Shown here in pieces: positions 38,638 through 48,017 of a DNA stretch of 64,000 nucleotides; position 1 is the first letter of the stretch, and every line of letters starts with the position of its first letter. The translations under genes and the position numbers were made by a program. Location of the stretch: positions 11,401-75,400 of the forward strand of contig JABIAY010000042.1 in the NCBI GenBank assembly GCA_018653085.1, in the 5' to 3' direction. The notes under the pieces are model-generated. The model did no database searches and had not been told where the DNA came from. It saw only the letters and a program-made list of their open reading frames with translations. Source of the stretch: Nitrospina sp. (GTDB lineage: Bacteria; Nitrospinota; Nitrospinia; Nitrospinales; VA-1).

Positions 38638-38940
38638 TCAGTTTTGTGATGATTCGGGTTTCAGTTTACCTATGTCAAAATTTCTATGTTTGCAATCTGT
38701 GCAACGAATACTCAAAATACTCTGAAACTCTCCAAGGCAAGTGCCTAAAATATTCTGGCAATCTGCAAAGTTTGCATAGACCTCTTCAATGTCTCCACTA
38801 TAAATCAGTTGTCTGATTTTTTGGAGGTTCTCAATCCCTTGTTCCATTTTCTCGAACAAGGATTTTCGCTCCCTATCGATTTCTTCTCGATATCCTGTGG
38901 TTTTGCACTCCCGCCAACATTGGGGAACTTTGGCCATCAT
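38638..38940 (-). CDS. Hypothetical 100-aa Cys-containing protein, divergent from the tetR-family gene
   Basis: GGAGGAGG lies 6-7 nt upstream of ATG 38940. Product MMAKVPQCWRECK...CQNILGTCLGEF...CTDCKH. I recognise no family. Confidence 0.55.
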   Translation of the reverse strand: MMAKVPQCWRECKTTGYREEIDRERKSLFEKMEQGIENLQKIRQLIYSGDIEEVYANFADCQNILGTCLGEFQSILSIRCTDCKHRNFDIGKLKPESSQN

Positions 38941-39041
38941 CACTTTCCTCCTCCATGTATCAGTAAAGCTCTTTGTCCCTACTAAGGATGGTGTTTCTAT
39001 CAAAAATATTCCGCAGTCCCCATTTTATTATCTATTGCCCC

Positions 39042-39070
39042 TTGACAAACTTAAAGAGGCGGACTAACAT
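39042..39070 (+). promoter_or_regulatory. Candidate promoter of the tetR-family gene, overlapped by operator 1
   Basis: TTGACA (39042-39047), 17-nt spacer, TAACAT (39065-39070). Confidence 0.55.
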
Positions 39071-39086
39071 ACCGACTGGTTGGTAT
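39069..39086. promoter_or_regulatory. 18-bp palindromic operator 1 (ATACCGACTGGTTGGTAT)
   Basis: Near-perfect inverted repeat overlapping the -10 of the tetR-family promoter. Almost identical to the site at 39714-39731. Confidence 0.7.
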
Positions 39087-39108
39087 TTTAATCCTCCGGG
39101 TTTCCATT

Positions 39109-39693
39109 GTGGATAAAGTAGATAAAAAAGAAAAAATTCTGGATTCCGCCCAATGCCTGATGCTGGATAAAGGCTATGTCGCGACAACGGTTGACGAAAT
39201 CTGTGAGAGTGCCGGAGTCACTAAAGGAAGCTTTTTCTATTATTTTAAAGATAAGGAAGAGATGGGCAAAGAGATGGCCCAACGCTTTTCTTCCAGAGGG
39301 AAGCAATGTTGTGAGGGGCTTAAGGGCGAGGCGGACCCTCTGAAGCGAGTTCACGGCCTTCTGGATATGATTACAGAGATCTCGAAAACAGCAGATTTCA
39401 AGGGGTGTATCATGGGAATTTTTTCCCAGGAGCTTTCCGAAACCCACCCGGAGATCAGAAAAATCTGCGAAACGAGTTTTGATGGTTTCATTAGTAATCT
39501 TGAAAAAGATTTGGCGCAGGCTAAAGATAAATACGCTCCGAAATCTTCATTCAAACCCAGGGAGGTGGCGGAATATTTTCTGGCAACCTTTCAGGGGGCA
39601 ATGGTTCTTGCCAGAGCAAAAAAAGATAAAAAAATTGTTGAGCGTGCTCTCAGCCAATTCAGAGAACATTTGAGAATGCTTTATAAGAAATAA
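39109..39693 (+). CDS. TetR/AcrR-family transcriptional regulator
   Basis: N-terminal HTH ILDSAQCLMLDKGYVATTVDEICESAGVTKGSFFYYFKDKEE. GTG start. Confidence 0.9.
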   Translation: MDKVDKKEKILDSAQCLMLDKGYVATTVDEICESAGVTKGSFFYYFKDKEEMGKEMAQRFSSRGKQCCEGLKGEADPLKRVHGLLDMITEISKTADFKGCIMGIFSQELSETHPEIRKICETSFDGFISNLEKDLAQAKDKYAPKSSFKPREVAEYFLATFQGAMVLARAKKDKKIVERALSQFREHLRMLYKK

Positions 39694-39713
39694 TATTTTT
39701 TTGGGGAAATTAC

Positions 39714-39731
39714 ATACCAACTAGTTGGTAT
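39714..39731. promoter_or_regulatory. 18-bp perfect palindromic operator 2 (ATACCAACTAGTTGGTAT)
   Basis: Perfect palindrome 21 nt after the tetR-family stop and about 90 nt upstream of ATG 39821. The flanks AC...TTTTA are shared with operator 1. Confidence 0.7.
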
Positions 39732-39820
39732 TTTTAGGGAAGGGAGACGTCTCGTCCTGCTTTTAACATTGGAAACCTATGGTTTCCTCATTTTAAACAT
39801 TGAGGTTCAGGAGATTTATA

Positions 39821-40135
39821 ATGCCCAGTTGTGAAAGTACCCAGCAAGACTGCAGTACGGAAAAAGAGTGTTGTCCTTTTGAGAAATCCATAGACGATCT
39901 ATGTTGCCCGGTGGAGATGTCGGCAAAAATGGGAACGAAGGCTTTTTCCCAGGCAATAATGGAAGTTCAGGTGGACTCGCTCAAGGAGAAAATTAAGAAT
40001 ACTTTTGGCGAGAAAATCGACAAGAAATCGGACGCCATCGTGAAAGCTCTGGGAACGCATTGGCAATCACTGATAGACCAGGCCACTGCCCAGAAAACTC
40101 TTCGCGAGGAAATGGCAAAGATCATAACGAGTTGA
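39821..40135 (+). CDS. Hypothetical 104-aa protein with a Cys-rich N-terminus (CC pairs)
   Basis: AGGAG lies 8 nt upstream of ATG 39821. Product MPSCESTQQDCSTEKECCPFEKSIDDLCCPVE followed by a helical region. Confidence 0.55.
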   Translation: MPSCESTQQDCSTEKECCPFEKSIDDLCCPVEMSAKMGTKAFSQAIMEVQVDSLKEKIKNTFGEKIDKKSDAIVKALGTHWQSLIDQATAQKTLREEMAKIITS

Positions 40136-40146
40136 TCAAAAAGGAA

Positions 40147-40184
40147 TGGGGTGCCCTGGAGTTTATCCAGGGTGCCCTTGTTTT
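40147..40184 (+). terminator. Possible rho-independent terminator after the Cys-rich gene
   Basis: GTGCCCTGG-AGTTTAT-CCAGGGTGC stem (two G-U pairs) followed by CCTTGTTTT. Confidence 0.4.
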
Positions 40185-40215
40185 CCCAGTAGCGATGCAG
40201 TTAGAATTCAACATC

Positions 40216-40809
40216 ATGTCCAGTTGCCAGCTCTCCGCTTCCGAACTTAAAAAAAATATCAAAGCCTGCACTCTTTGTGAGGTGGACCTTCCGTTTCCGC
40301 CAAAACCTGTGTTCTCATTTTCCGCGAGATCAAAAATACTCATCGTTGGTCAGGCTCCAGGGATCAAAGTGCATGAGTCCGGTATCCCCTGGAACGATGC
40401 CAGTGGCGACAGGTTGCGCGAATGGATGAAGGTGTCTAAAGAACAATTCTACAACACGAAATATTTTTCAATCGTGCCAATGGGATTCTGCTATCCCGGA
40501 AAAGGTAAATCAGGCGATTTGCCTCCCCGTCCTGAATGCGCGGAAAAATGGATGTCCTCCATTCTGGATAAACTGCCTAAAAGGCAGATTACACTTCTAA
40601 TAGGCCAATATGCTCAGGCCTGGTTTTTACAATCCAGAAAGAAAGCGACGCTGACAGAAACGGTGAAAAGCTGGAAGCTATATCTACCCGATTACTTTGT
40701 TTTGCCGCACCCTTCACCACGTAATAATATCTGGCTTAAGAAAAACCCGTGGTTTGAAAAACAGCTGGTGCCGAAATTGGAAAAAAAGATAGGTGAGCTT
40801 ATGTCTTAA
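40216..40809 (+). CDS. Uracil-DNA glycosylase superfamily protein
   Basis: GQAPG motif, FCYPGKG, and the C-terminal HPSPRN motif. Start set at ATG 40216; 40195 is also possible. Confidence 0.75.
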   Translation: MSSCQLSASELKKNIKACTLCEVDLPFPPKPVFSFSARSKILIVGQAPGIKVHESGIPWNDASGDRLREWMKVSKEQFYNTKYFSIVPMGFCYPGKGKSGDLPPRPECAEKWMSSILDKLPKRQITLLIGQYAQAWFLQSRKKATLTETVKSWKLYLPDYFVLPHPSPRNNIWLKKNPWFEKQLVPKLEKKIGELMS

Positions 40810-43166
40810 AATTCAACAACAGTAACGCCATCGCCGCCTTCGTGGCGGGAACCCGGTGTGAACTGCTTGCAGAGTCCGGCCTTCTCCAGATAATTACGCA
40901 CCAGAGCCTTAATGGTTCCCATTCCGTGACCGTGAATGATATGTACTCTCTGGGCTTTCTGCACGATGGCACGGCTGATGAAAGCTTCCATAGCCGCTTC
41001 CGCTTCTTCCGAGTTCATGCCTCTCAAATCACAGGAGGACACGGAGCCGCCCTCTGACTCGGCATGAATATTTACAGAAAATTTCTTTTCAGGTTTTTCC
41101 CCCTTTTGTCGCGGATTACCGCGTAGAGCCGTTGCCTCGACAACGGTTGCGATGTTTCCCATTTGGACGCGTAGTTTCTTCTTCCCCTCAGGAGGTTCCA
41201 GAAGGGTGGCGAAGGTTCCCAGAGTCAAAACCAGAACCGTGTCACCGGTTTTCAGGCTTTCCACTGGCAGGGTCCATTCTTCGAGATTTTCCACCTTGGC
41301 AGACAGGGGGATTTGATTCATGGACTGCATTTGTTTTTCCACCTTGCGGATTTTGGGTAGGTCTTTTTCCCCTTTGATATCCTGAATCATTTTTCGAATT
41401 TTATCTTTACCGGCGCGTACTTCTGCCTGCAGTTTTTTGGTTTTATTTTTTTGAAAATCTTTTTCTTCATTCCGTAATCTCTGGGTTAGGATTTTCTGTT
41501 CCCTTGCCAGGGCTTCAGTTTCTTCTTTCTGTTGTTTTATTTCTTCCTGATCCCGGTGGAACTCCAGTCTCTGGCGGGTCAAATCTTCCAGCAGGTTTTC
41601 CGCGCGGTCCTCCTTGGCCTGATACAGGTTTCGGGCGTGGTCGATGATACTTTTTTGCAGGCCCAGTCGTTCGGCGGTATCGAGAGCGGCACTTTGTCCC
41701 GGTGCTCCAAAAATTAAACGGTAAGTGGGACTCAGGGTGTCGAGATCGAACTCAGTGCATGCATTAAGAAAACCTTCGTGGGTCTGCGCCAGAATCTTCA
41801 AGGTAAAATAATGGGTGGAGACCAATGTCATTACATTTTTATTTTTAAGGTCCAGAAGGATGGCTTCTGCCAACGCCGCGCCTTCTTCCGGGTCGGTGGC
41901 AATTCCCAATTCGTCCAGAAGCACCAGAGAGCCCGCATCGACATGATCCAGGATATGAACGATTTTTTTCAAGTGCCCGGAAAAGGTCGATAACTTCAAT
42001 TGAATATTCTGGTCATCACCGATATCGGAATAAACTTTCGGGAAAAATGGAATCCGGGAATTTTCTTTGACTGGAAGATGCAGTCCGCCTCGGGCCATCA
42101 GGGCCAGTAAACCCAGGGTTTTGAGCGTCACTGTTTTACCCCCGGTATTAGGGCCGGAAATGATCACCACCTTGACCGATGCGTCCCACTCAATGGTATT
42201 GGGGATCACGGTTTCTCCATCCAGAACCAGTTCCGGATTTCGGGCTTCTTTAAGTTCCATGACCGAGTCGATGTTCATCGGGCAGTGCACCGCCGCCATG
42301 GTTTTAGCCAGACGGGCTTTGGCGAAAATGAGATCCAGAGATATCAGGGTCTGTAGGTTTTGTTCCAGCGGTTCCCTGAACTGTTGGGTTTTTAGAGCCA
42401 GCGATTGCAGGATTTTTATTTTTTCCTGCTCGATCTGAAGCCGGGCTATTTTCAATTGGTTGTTCAGGGGCACGATGGAAGCGGGCTCTATAAATAAAGT
42501 CTGCCCCGATCCGGAACTGTCATGCACGATGCCATCTACACGGGACTTGAATTCCGCCCGTACCGGGATAACCATGCGCTCTTCACGTTCGGTGGCGTAG
42601 GAATCCTGCAACGCTTCGCGGATGCTTTCTGTTTTGAAGAGGCGTTGCAGACGTTCCTCCAGCTTGCTTTTGGCTGTCTCAGCATTACGGATGGCTTGCC
42701 GCAGTTCCGGCGTGGCGTTTTCCCGGATGTTTCCTTCATCATCTATACAACGGACCAGTTCCTCTAAGAACTCTTTGATAGGATCAAGCTTTTCCAGCCA
42801 CGCATGCAAGTGGGGATAAACGGATTTTTTATCCCTCTCCCGGCACAGGTTTCGGCACAGGCGCAAAAGTTTGATGAGAGACAGGCATTGGCCCGGGTCG
42901 ATGATCTCCTGCTCTTTGGCCTTGCGAAAAACAGGACCAATATCTTCAAATCGGTCCATCGGAAAGGAATCCAACGAAGCCAGCAAGGCAACCATCTCGG
43001 CGGTTTCTTCAAGCAGGGTTTGCGCGGAATTAAAATCGTCTTCGGGTTTGAGCTGGCGGCATTGCTCCTGGGTGATGGGAGAACAGGCATGGTTTGCCAA
43101 CGCTGTTACCACTCTGTCCCAGCCCAGAAGATGCATGGATTTTTCAATCAGGGCCATGTTGCTCAT
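40806..43166 (-). CDS. mutS2: Endonuclease MutS2 (MutS domain plus C-terminal Smr domain)
   Basis: GPNTGGKTVTLKT Walker A, DELGIATDP, and a C-terminal Smr domain (DLRGM...IIHGHGMGTIK). Confidence 0.95.
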   Translation of the reverse strand: MSNMALIEKSMHLLGWDRVVTALANHACSPITQEQCRQLKPEDDFNSAQTLLEETAEMVALLASLDSFPMDRFEDIGPVFRKAKEQEIIDPGQCLSLIKLLRLCRNLCRERDKKSVYPHLHAWLEKLDPIKEFLEELVRCIDDEGNIRENATPELRQAIRNAETAKSKLEERLQRLFKTESIREALQDSYATEREERMVIPVRAEFKSRVDGIVHDSSGSGQTLFIEPASIVPLNNQLKIARLQIEQEKIKILQSLALKTQQFREPLEQNLQTLISLDLIFAKARLAKTMAAVHCPMNIDSVMELKEARNPELVLDGETVIPNTIEWDASVKVVIISGPNTGGKTVTLKTLGLLALMARGGLHLPVKENSRIPFFPKVYSDIGDDQNIQLKLSTFSGHLKKIVHILDHVDAGSLVLLDELGIATDPEEGAALAEAILLDLKNKNVMTLVSTHYFTLKILAQTHEGFLNACTEFDLDTLSPTYRLIFGAPGQSAALDTAERLGLQKSIIDHARNLYQAKEDRAENLLEDLTRQRLEFHRDQEEIKQQKEETEALAREQKILTQRLRNEEKDFQKNKTKKLQAEVRAGKDKIRKMIQDIKGEKDLPKIRKVEKQMQSMNQIPLSAKVENLEEWTLPVESLKTGDTVLVLTLGTFATLLEPPEGKKKLRVQMGNIATVVEATALRGNPRQKGEKPEKKFSVNIHAESEGGSVSSCDLRGMNSEEAEAAMEAFISRAIVQKAQRVHIIHGHGMGTIKALVRNYLEKAGLCKQFTPGSRHEGGDGVTVVEF

Positions 43167-44515
43167 AATGCGGAGAGTCTCTGCTGCCCCTCCGGCGAGG
43201 AGTGGACGAGAGTGGACTCGAGAAGAATGCTCACCCGGCCATCATAAAGGCGGTTGAGGTCGCGGAAATTTTTATATCCATACAAGAGTACAGCGAGGTC
43301 TTTTTTCACTTTCTTTTTATAGCTGGTCTTTTTTTCTCCGGGAACCAGCTTTTTGCCATGGATCTGAATTTTTTGGGTGGTGATGGTGACGGGTTTGTCG
43401 AAGTCAATGGTTTCGGTGTTGAAATACAAATCGTATTCAATGACATGCTGTCCCATCACCTCGAAACTGTTATCACCTTTGCGGGTGGCGAACAGGGTGC
43501 CGATTTTGCCATCCTGTTTAACCGGATTCGGACTTTCCGGTCCTGGCAGTTCGAGCAATGCGAGGTTTCGTCCTCGAACCAGTCGGGCCCAGTGGATCGC
43601 TCCCAGGTGGTTGCCTTCCCGGGTCATGCGAACCACGTCAGGATTTTTCCGGCGTTTCTGCTGGCGAATCCATTCCAACATAGCGGGCACTTCCGATTCG
43701 GGCAGGAAATGGCCTCCGTGAGCTGTTCCTCTTTCCCCATGTTCCCGGTAGGTGACGGGGTATTTCATGTCGGAGAGAATTTTTTGAATCCGCCGACTGA
43801 GCTGGATGGGGAAAACAGGATCGTGCGCGCCCTGAATCATATAAATCGGCGTGTTGCGAAGGTTCACCAGAAAATGCATATAGCGGGGCGTGATGCTTCC
43901 AGCGATAGGGATCAGCCCGGCGAACCGATCCGGATAAAACATGCCGATCATGTAAGCGCCAATAGCACCATTGGACAACCCGGCAAGAAAAATCCGATCC
44001 GAATCTATATTGTATTGTTCGCGAATCTGGTCAATGAGACCGAGTACCATTTCCTCGGCAGGCCGTGCCCACCAGGCTCCCATCGGGTAGGTAGGGCATA
44101 ATACCGCAACCTCTTTATTCAAACGCTCGACCCAGGTCGGAATCGTATTGGCTCCACTGCCACCCAGTCCATGCAGGACAACAACGAGCGGGACCTTTTC
44201 ACCCTGCTTCAACGACTCCGGAAGAAACAAGGCATAAGGGTAATCCTTGCCATTATGTTTGGTCTGTAAATTTTTCTGCAGTCCGACAGGACTCGTGCCT
44301 TTTTTTACTCGTGTGCGCAGGAGGGATTTGACCGTTTCGTTTGATACGTGAGCCGATTTCAAACGTTTCAGCACCTGGGTTTCCACCTCGGGGTCCTGAG
44401 TGGAAAGAAACAAGTCGACTTCGGATTTGATGTCTGTAACTTCTTGCACAGACTCTTGCACCGCAGAGCACGACACGGCAAACAGGAAAACCACAAAAAT
44501 TCTCAGTGTATTCAT
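43163..44515 (-). CDS. Secreted/lipoprotein alpha/beta hydrolase (esterase / PHB depolymerase-like fold)
   Basis: Signal/lipobox-like MNTLRIFVVFLFAVSC. VVVLHGLGGSG and the nucleophile elbow GLSNG. Confidence 0.7.
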   Translation of the reverse strand: MNTLRIFVVFLFAVSCSAVQESVQEVTDIKSEVDLFLSTQDPEVETQVLKRLKSAHVSNETVKSLLRTRVKKGTSPVGLQKNLQTKHNGKDYPYALFLPESLKQGEKVPLVVVLHGLGGSGANTIPTWVERLNKEVAVLCPTYPMGAWWARPAEEMVLGLIDQIREQYNIDSDRIFLAGLSNGAIGAYMIGMFYPDRFAGLIPIAGSITPRYMHFLVNLRNTPIYMIQGAHDPVFPIQLSRRIQKILSDMKYPVTYREHGERGTAHGGHFLPESEVPAMLEWIRQQKRRKNPDVVRMTREGNHLGAIHWARLVRGRNLALLELPGPESPNPVKQDGKIGTLFATRKGDNSFEVMGQHVIEYDLYFNTETIDFDKPVTITTQKIQIHGKKLVPGEKKTSYKKKVKKDLAVLLYGYKNFRDLNRLYDGRVSILLESTLVHSSPEGQQRLSAL

Positions 44516-44619
44516 GGTTTACACAGTATCGGACTTTAAAATCTTTGTAAAGACTTTAGGGTTGCTCTAAGTGGCTAATTTTATTGGAATTTTCTATCGC
44601 CATGCGGTAAGATTCAGTC

Positions 44620-45468
44620 TTGTTTAGCCGCGTTGCAGAACTCTTAACTCTTCTTATGGCCTGCCTGATGAATTCATTCAAAGTACCCGTTCAAACTCTG
44701 GTTAAAATCCTCAATATGGGAACGCTCTCGCTGGGAAAATGCCGAATGGACATGGGAGAATCTGCCGGGTTGACCCGGATGTTCACGATAAAGAAAAACG
44801 GAATGGACTTTGTGGGGCAGGTCCGGGTGCGCCCGGGAGATCCCGCTGTCCGAATCGAAGTCTTCAATGAAAATTATTTTGAGGAGTTTGATAAACCCGA
44901 ATCGGTTGTGCTGGACAACCTGGCCCGGAAAGTTCTCGGACAGGTGGCAAAGGATAAGGAATTACCCGAGACGCTGAAAACCCTGATCCGCGAACATTTT
45001 GCCGAGCAGGACTCGCTGGAGGAAGAAAGGGAAGAAGGACAGGAAGAGGCCATCGCGGAAACTGTCAACGAGCGGGATCTGGATAAAATTTTTGCGTGCC
45101 TGAATGAGGAGTATTTCAATAACCGGGTGGAGGCGAAGATCATGTGGGGGCGTGATGTGAAATCGCACAATAAGAGCGGGTTTCGTTACGGCTCTTATGA
45201 TGAAGGGAAAAAACTCATCCGGGTTCATCCAAGGTTGAAGCAGGGTTTTGTGCCCTTGTGTGTCCTGGAACTCACTGTCTATCACGAAATGTGCCACCAG
45301 TTTGCCCCGTCCTATAAAAGGAACGGAACCTGGCAGAGCCATCACCCTGAATTTAAAAAGAAGGAACGTGAGTACAAAAACTTCAAGGATGCCCGGAACT
45401 GGGAAAAACACAACTGGCACCGCTTGCTCCTTCCTTCCACTGAGAACGCCGAACTGGTGCCTGCCTAG
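44620..45468 (+). CDS. SprT-like zinc metallopeptidase domain protein
   Basis: LNEEYFNNRV...IRVHPRL...LELTVYHEMCHQ (HExxH). The start codon is uncertain; there are several in-frame ATGs between 44656 and 44803 with no clear RBS. Confidence 0.6.
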   Translation: MFSRVAELLTLLMACLMNSFKVPVQTLVKILNMGTLSLGKCRMDMGESAGLTRMFTIKKNGMDFVGQVRVRPGDPAVRIEVFNENYFEEFDKPESVVLDNLARKVLGQVAKDKELPETLKTLIREHFAEQDSLEEEREEGQEEAIAETVNERDLDKIFACLNEEYFNNRVEAKIMWGRDVKSHNKSGFRYGSYDEGKKLIRVHPRLKQGFVPLCVLELTVYHEMCHQFAPSYKRNGTWQSHHPEFKKKEREYKNFKDARNWEKHNWHRLLLPSTENAELVPA

Positions 45469-45499
45469 TGACCCTCTGGCTGGGGAGGCAGATAGCATA

Positions 45500-45574
45500 G
45501 GCTCATTAAGCCGAGATAAATCTTTTCTTGCCAGCGAAAGTCATTGCATACTGGGTCCAGCGTCACGCTGGTGG
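45500..45574 (-). repeat. CCACTAGG-family repeat, degenerate reverse copy
   Basis: The reverse complement reads CCACCAGCGTGACGCTGGACCCAGTATGCAATGACT...CTCGGCTTAATGAGCC. It shares ATGCAATGACT and CTCGGCTTAAT with copy A. Confidence 0.55.
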
Positions 45575-45614
45575 TTGCAAATGATGTTGATTTGGCCTAA
45601 ATTGGTTTCACGCT

Positions 45615-45953
45615 ATGAAAATGATCAAATGTTACATTCAGCATGAAAAGTTGGAAGCGGTCCGGGAAAAGCTTTTTGAACTGGGAGTGCCCGGAATATC
45701 GGTGATTGATGTCAAAGGCATTGGCAAACCGATGAGCCACTTGAAATCTGCACCCGACTCGAAAGTTCCGCAGTTCCATCCCTGTGTGGAAATTTCCGTT
45801 GTTCTGGAAGCCGAAGCCGTGGAGGAAGTGCTGGACATGATCGTGGAGACGGTGCAGACCGGCAACTTGAGCGATGGAAAGATTTTTGTTCTGCCGGTTG
45901 AAGAGGCCGTCCGGGTCCGTACCGGGGAGCGGGGCAAACAAGCTCTCTACTAA
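45615..45953 (+). CDS. PII (GlnB/GlnK) superfamily protein with a divergent T-loop
   Basis: 112 aa. The B-loop TGNLSDGKIFV and C-terminal RVRTGE are conserved. The T-loop reads GIGKPMSHLKSAPDSKVPQF instead of GFGRQKGHTELYRG. Confidence 0.8.
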   Translation: MKMIKCYIQHEKLEAVREKLFELGVPGISVIDVKGIGKPMSHLKSAPDSKVPQFHPCVEISVVLEAEAVEEVLDMIVETVQTGNLSDGKIFVLPVEEAVRVRTGERGKQALY

Positions 45954-45984
45954 TTGGAACCCTTCCAGTTGAGGCAAGCTTCCG

Positions 45985-46668
45985 TTGATCGCTGAAAATC
46001 TGGCTGAGGTCCGGGAACGGATTTCCCAGGCCATCCAAAAGTCAGGGAGAGATCCAGACAGCGTCCGCCTGGTTGCTGTTTCCAAACAGGTAGACATTGC
46101 CCAAATTGAAGAAGCCCGCACAGCAGGTGCTGTGATATTCGGCGAGAATAAAGTCCAGGATGCGGTTCCCAAGGTAGATCAAATAGGGAGGGACGGAATT
46201 TCCTGGCATTTCATCGGTCACTTGCAAAAGAACAAGGTCAAGTTTCTTGATGAACGTTTTGACTTGATTCATTCGGTGGATGGTCTGGAACTGGCGGAGA
46301 AAATCGCCAAGCAATGCCAGTCAGAAAATCGGGTGCAGAGGGTTTTGTTGCAGGTCAATGTCGCAGGCGAAACCGCGAAATTCGGCATGGAACCTGGCGA
46401 ACTGGAAAAACAGCTGATGGTTTTTTCGAGTTTGAAGGGAATCCGGGTTGAGGGGCTGATGACCATTCCGCCTTACGACCCTGATCCGGAAAATTCCCGC
46501 AGGTATTTTTCGCGATTGCGGGAACTTCGCGACCAATGCGAAAAACGGCTTCCCCTGCCCGAACTTTCCATGGGCATGAGCAACGATTTTGAGGTTGCGA
46601 TAGAAGAGGGTGCTACGCTGGTTCGTGTAGGCACCGCTATTTTCGGTGCCAGGCTAAAAGGTAATTAA
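45985..46668 (+). CDS. yggS: YggS-family pyridoxal-phosphate homeostasis protein
   Basis: VRLVAVSKQ (PLP lysine), FGENKVQ, WHFIGHLQKNKVK, LSMGMSNDF. TTG start. Confidence 0.92.
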   Translation: MIAENLAEVRERISQAIQKSGRDPDSVRLVAVSKQVDIAQIEEARTAGAVIFGENKVQDAVPKVDQIGRDGISWHFIGHLQKNKVKFLDERFDLIHSVDGLELAEKIAKQCQSENRVQRVLLQVNVAGETAKFGMEPGELEKQLMVFSSLKGIRVEGLMTIPPYDPDPENSRRYFSRLRELRDQCEKRLPLPELSMGMSNDFEVAIEEGATLVRVGTAIFGARLKGN

Positions 46669-46700
46669 AAAAGTTTCTTTGTTTCAAGGAGATCAACGTT

Positions 46701-47561
46701 GTGCTGAAAAATAAAAAACTCGGATTCATCGGTGGCGGCAACATGGCAGAAGCCATGATCAAGGGCCTGCTTTCCGCCTCGTTCATTGAGGCGAAAAGCA
46801 TTTTTGTCTCGGAACCGTCGAAACCGAAACGGGATGCCTTGCATGCGGAGTACAAAATCAAGGTCACCGCCGACAACTGTGAACTGGTGAAGAAATGCGA
46901 CATCCTCATTCTCGCGGTCAAGCCGCAGATTTTGCAAGAGGTCCTGATTGATATTCGTTCGTTAGTGGGTAGTGACAAATTGGTTATATCCATTGCCGCC
47001 GGAATTCCCATTTCCATCATGGATGATGCTTTGCGTGGGGGAAAAAATAAAAAGTTCAGTATTGTGCGTACCATGCCCAATACTCCGTCACTCGTTCAGG
47101 AAGGGGTGACAGCCATCGCTTCCGGCAAACATGTCAGCAAAACCGATGTGAAAATCGCCCACCGTATATTTGAAGCAGTGGGCCGCACTGTCGATGTTGA
47201 AGAGGGTCAACTCGATGCCGTGACCGGTTTGAGCGGTAGTGGACCGGCTTATATCTTCATGCTGATCGAAGCGCTCTCTGATGCCGGAGTCAAGATGGGC
47301 CTTCCGCGCGACGTGGCGAATATCCTGACCATCCAGACGGTGCTGGGTTCCGCTAAACTCGCCAGAGAGAGCGGGAAACATCCCGGCGAACTTAAAGATA
47401 TGGTTACCTCTCCTGCCGGCACTACTATATCCGGACTGCATGCCCTGGAAGAAGGGAGCCTGCGCACCACCATGATGAACGCTGTGGAAGATGCCACCCT
47501 GCGCTCCCGCGAGTTGGGTGAAATCGCCCTCCATAAAAATAACTCCGAGTCTAACGAGTAA
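46701..47561 (+). CDS. proC: Pyrroline-5-carboxylate reductase
   Basis: GFIGGGNMAEAMIKG Rossmann motif, VRTMPNTP, and GLSGSGPAY...SPAGTT. GTG start. Confidence 0.95.
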   Translation: MLKNKKLGFIGGGNMAEAMIKGLLSASFIEAKSIFVSEPSKPKRDALHAEYKIKVTADNCELVKKCDILILAVKPQILQEVLIDIRSLVGSDKLVISIAAGIPISIMDDALRGGKNKKFSIVRTMPNTPSLVQEGVTAIASGKHVSKTDVKIAHRIFEAVGRTVDVEEGQLDAVTGLSGSGPAYIFMLIEALSDAGVKMGLPRDVANILTIQTVLGSAKLARESGKHPGELKDMVTSPAGTTISGLHALEEGSLRTTMMNAVEDATLRSRELGEIALHKNNSESNE

Positions 47562-47585
47562 TAACTCGTGGGGTAAAGAGGACGT

Positions 47586-47960
47586 ATGAGCAAAAACACA
47601 ACGACATATTGGAATGTGCTCAATGCGGAAAACGCCAGCAAGTGGGAGCCGATTGAAGGGGCAGATGGAATGCTGGAGCAATTGACTCTGGCTATGGATG
47701 GTGCGACAGGGGATTACACACGTCTGACTCGATTTAAGGCAGGGGCTGACACCAAAAAGTTTGGTGCCAAGTCGCATGATTATCCGGAAGAAATCTATAT
47801 AATTTCCGGTCGTCTTTATGATGAAGCGTTCGATATGTGGCTGGAGGCGGGGCATTTTGCCAGTCGGCCTCCGGGTGAAGTGCATGGACCATTTATTTGC
47901 GAGGAGGAATGTCTGGTTCTGGAAGTCTCGCATCCAAGCCAGGCGATAAAGGTTACTTAA
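47586..47960 (+). CDS. Cupin-fold protein
   Basis: 124 aa. SHDYPEEIYIISGRLYDE...PPGEVHGPF resembles a small cupin / ChrR-like C-terminal domain. Confidence 0.6.
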   Translation: MSKNTTTYWNVLNAENASKWEPIEGADGMLEQLTLAMDGATGDYTRLTRFKAGADTKKFGAKSHDYPEEIYIISGRLYDEAFDMWLEAGHFASRPPGEVHGPFICEEECLVLEVSHPSQAIKVT

Positions 47961-47973
47961 TGGTTACCTTGCT

Positions 47974-48010
47974 CGTCATTGCGAGGGGGCTTTGCCGACG
48001 TGGCAATCCA
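47974..48010 (+). repeat. CGTCATTGCGAGG-family repeat R1 (left arm only), immediately upstream of the GIY-YIG gene
   Basis: CGTCATTGCGAGGGGGCTTTGCCGACGTGGCAATCCAG has the same 5' arm as R2 (48307) and R3 (49314). Confidence 0.75.
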
Positions 48011-48017
48011 GAAAGAA

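Noticed and set aside
40806-40809. Overlapping convergent stop codons of the UDG-family gene and mutS2 (TTAA)
   Set aside because: This is a trivial 4-nt overlap of two convergent genes with no evident regulatory meaning.
43202-44101. Long antisense or out-of-frame ORFs: 43202-44101, 47088-47933, 45597-46172, 11656-12318, 61136-61843, 35619-36143, 56502-57146 and 17426-18031
   Set aside because: Each lies opposite to, or out of frame with, a gene that has strong motif support. They have no RBS and biased, low-complexity translations, which is typical of shadow ORFs.
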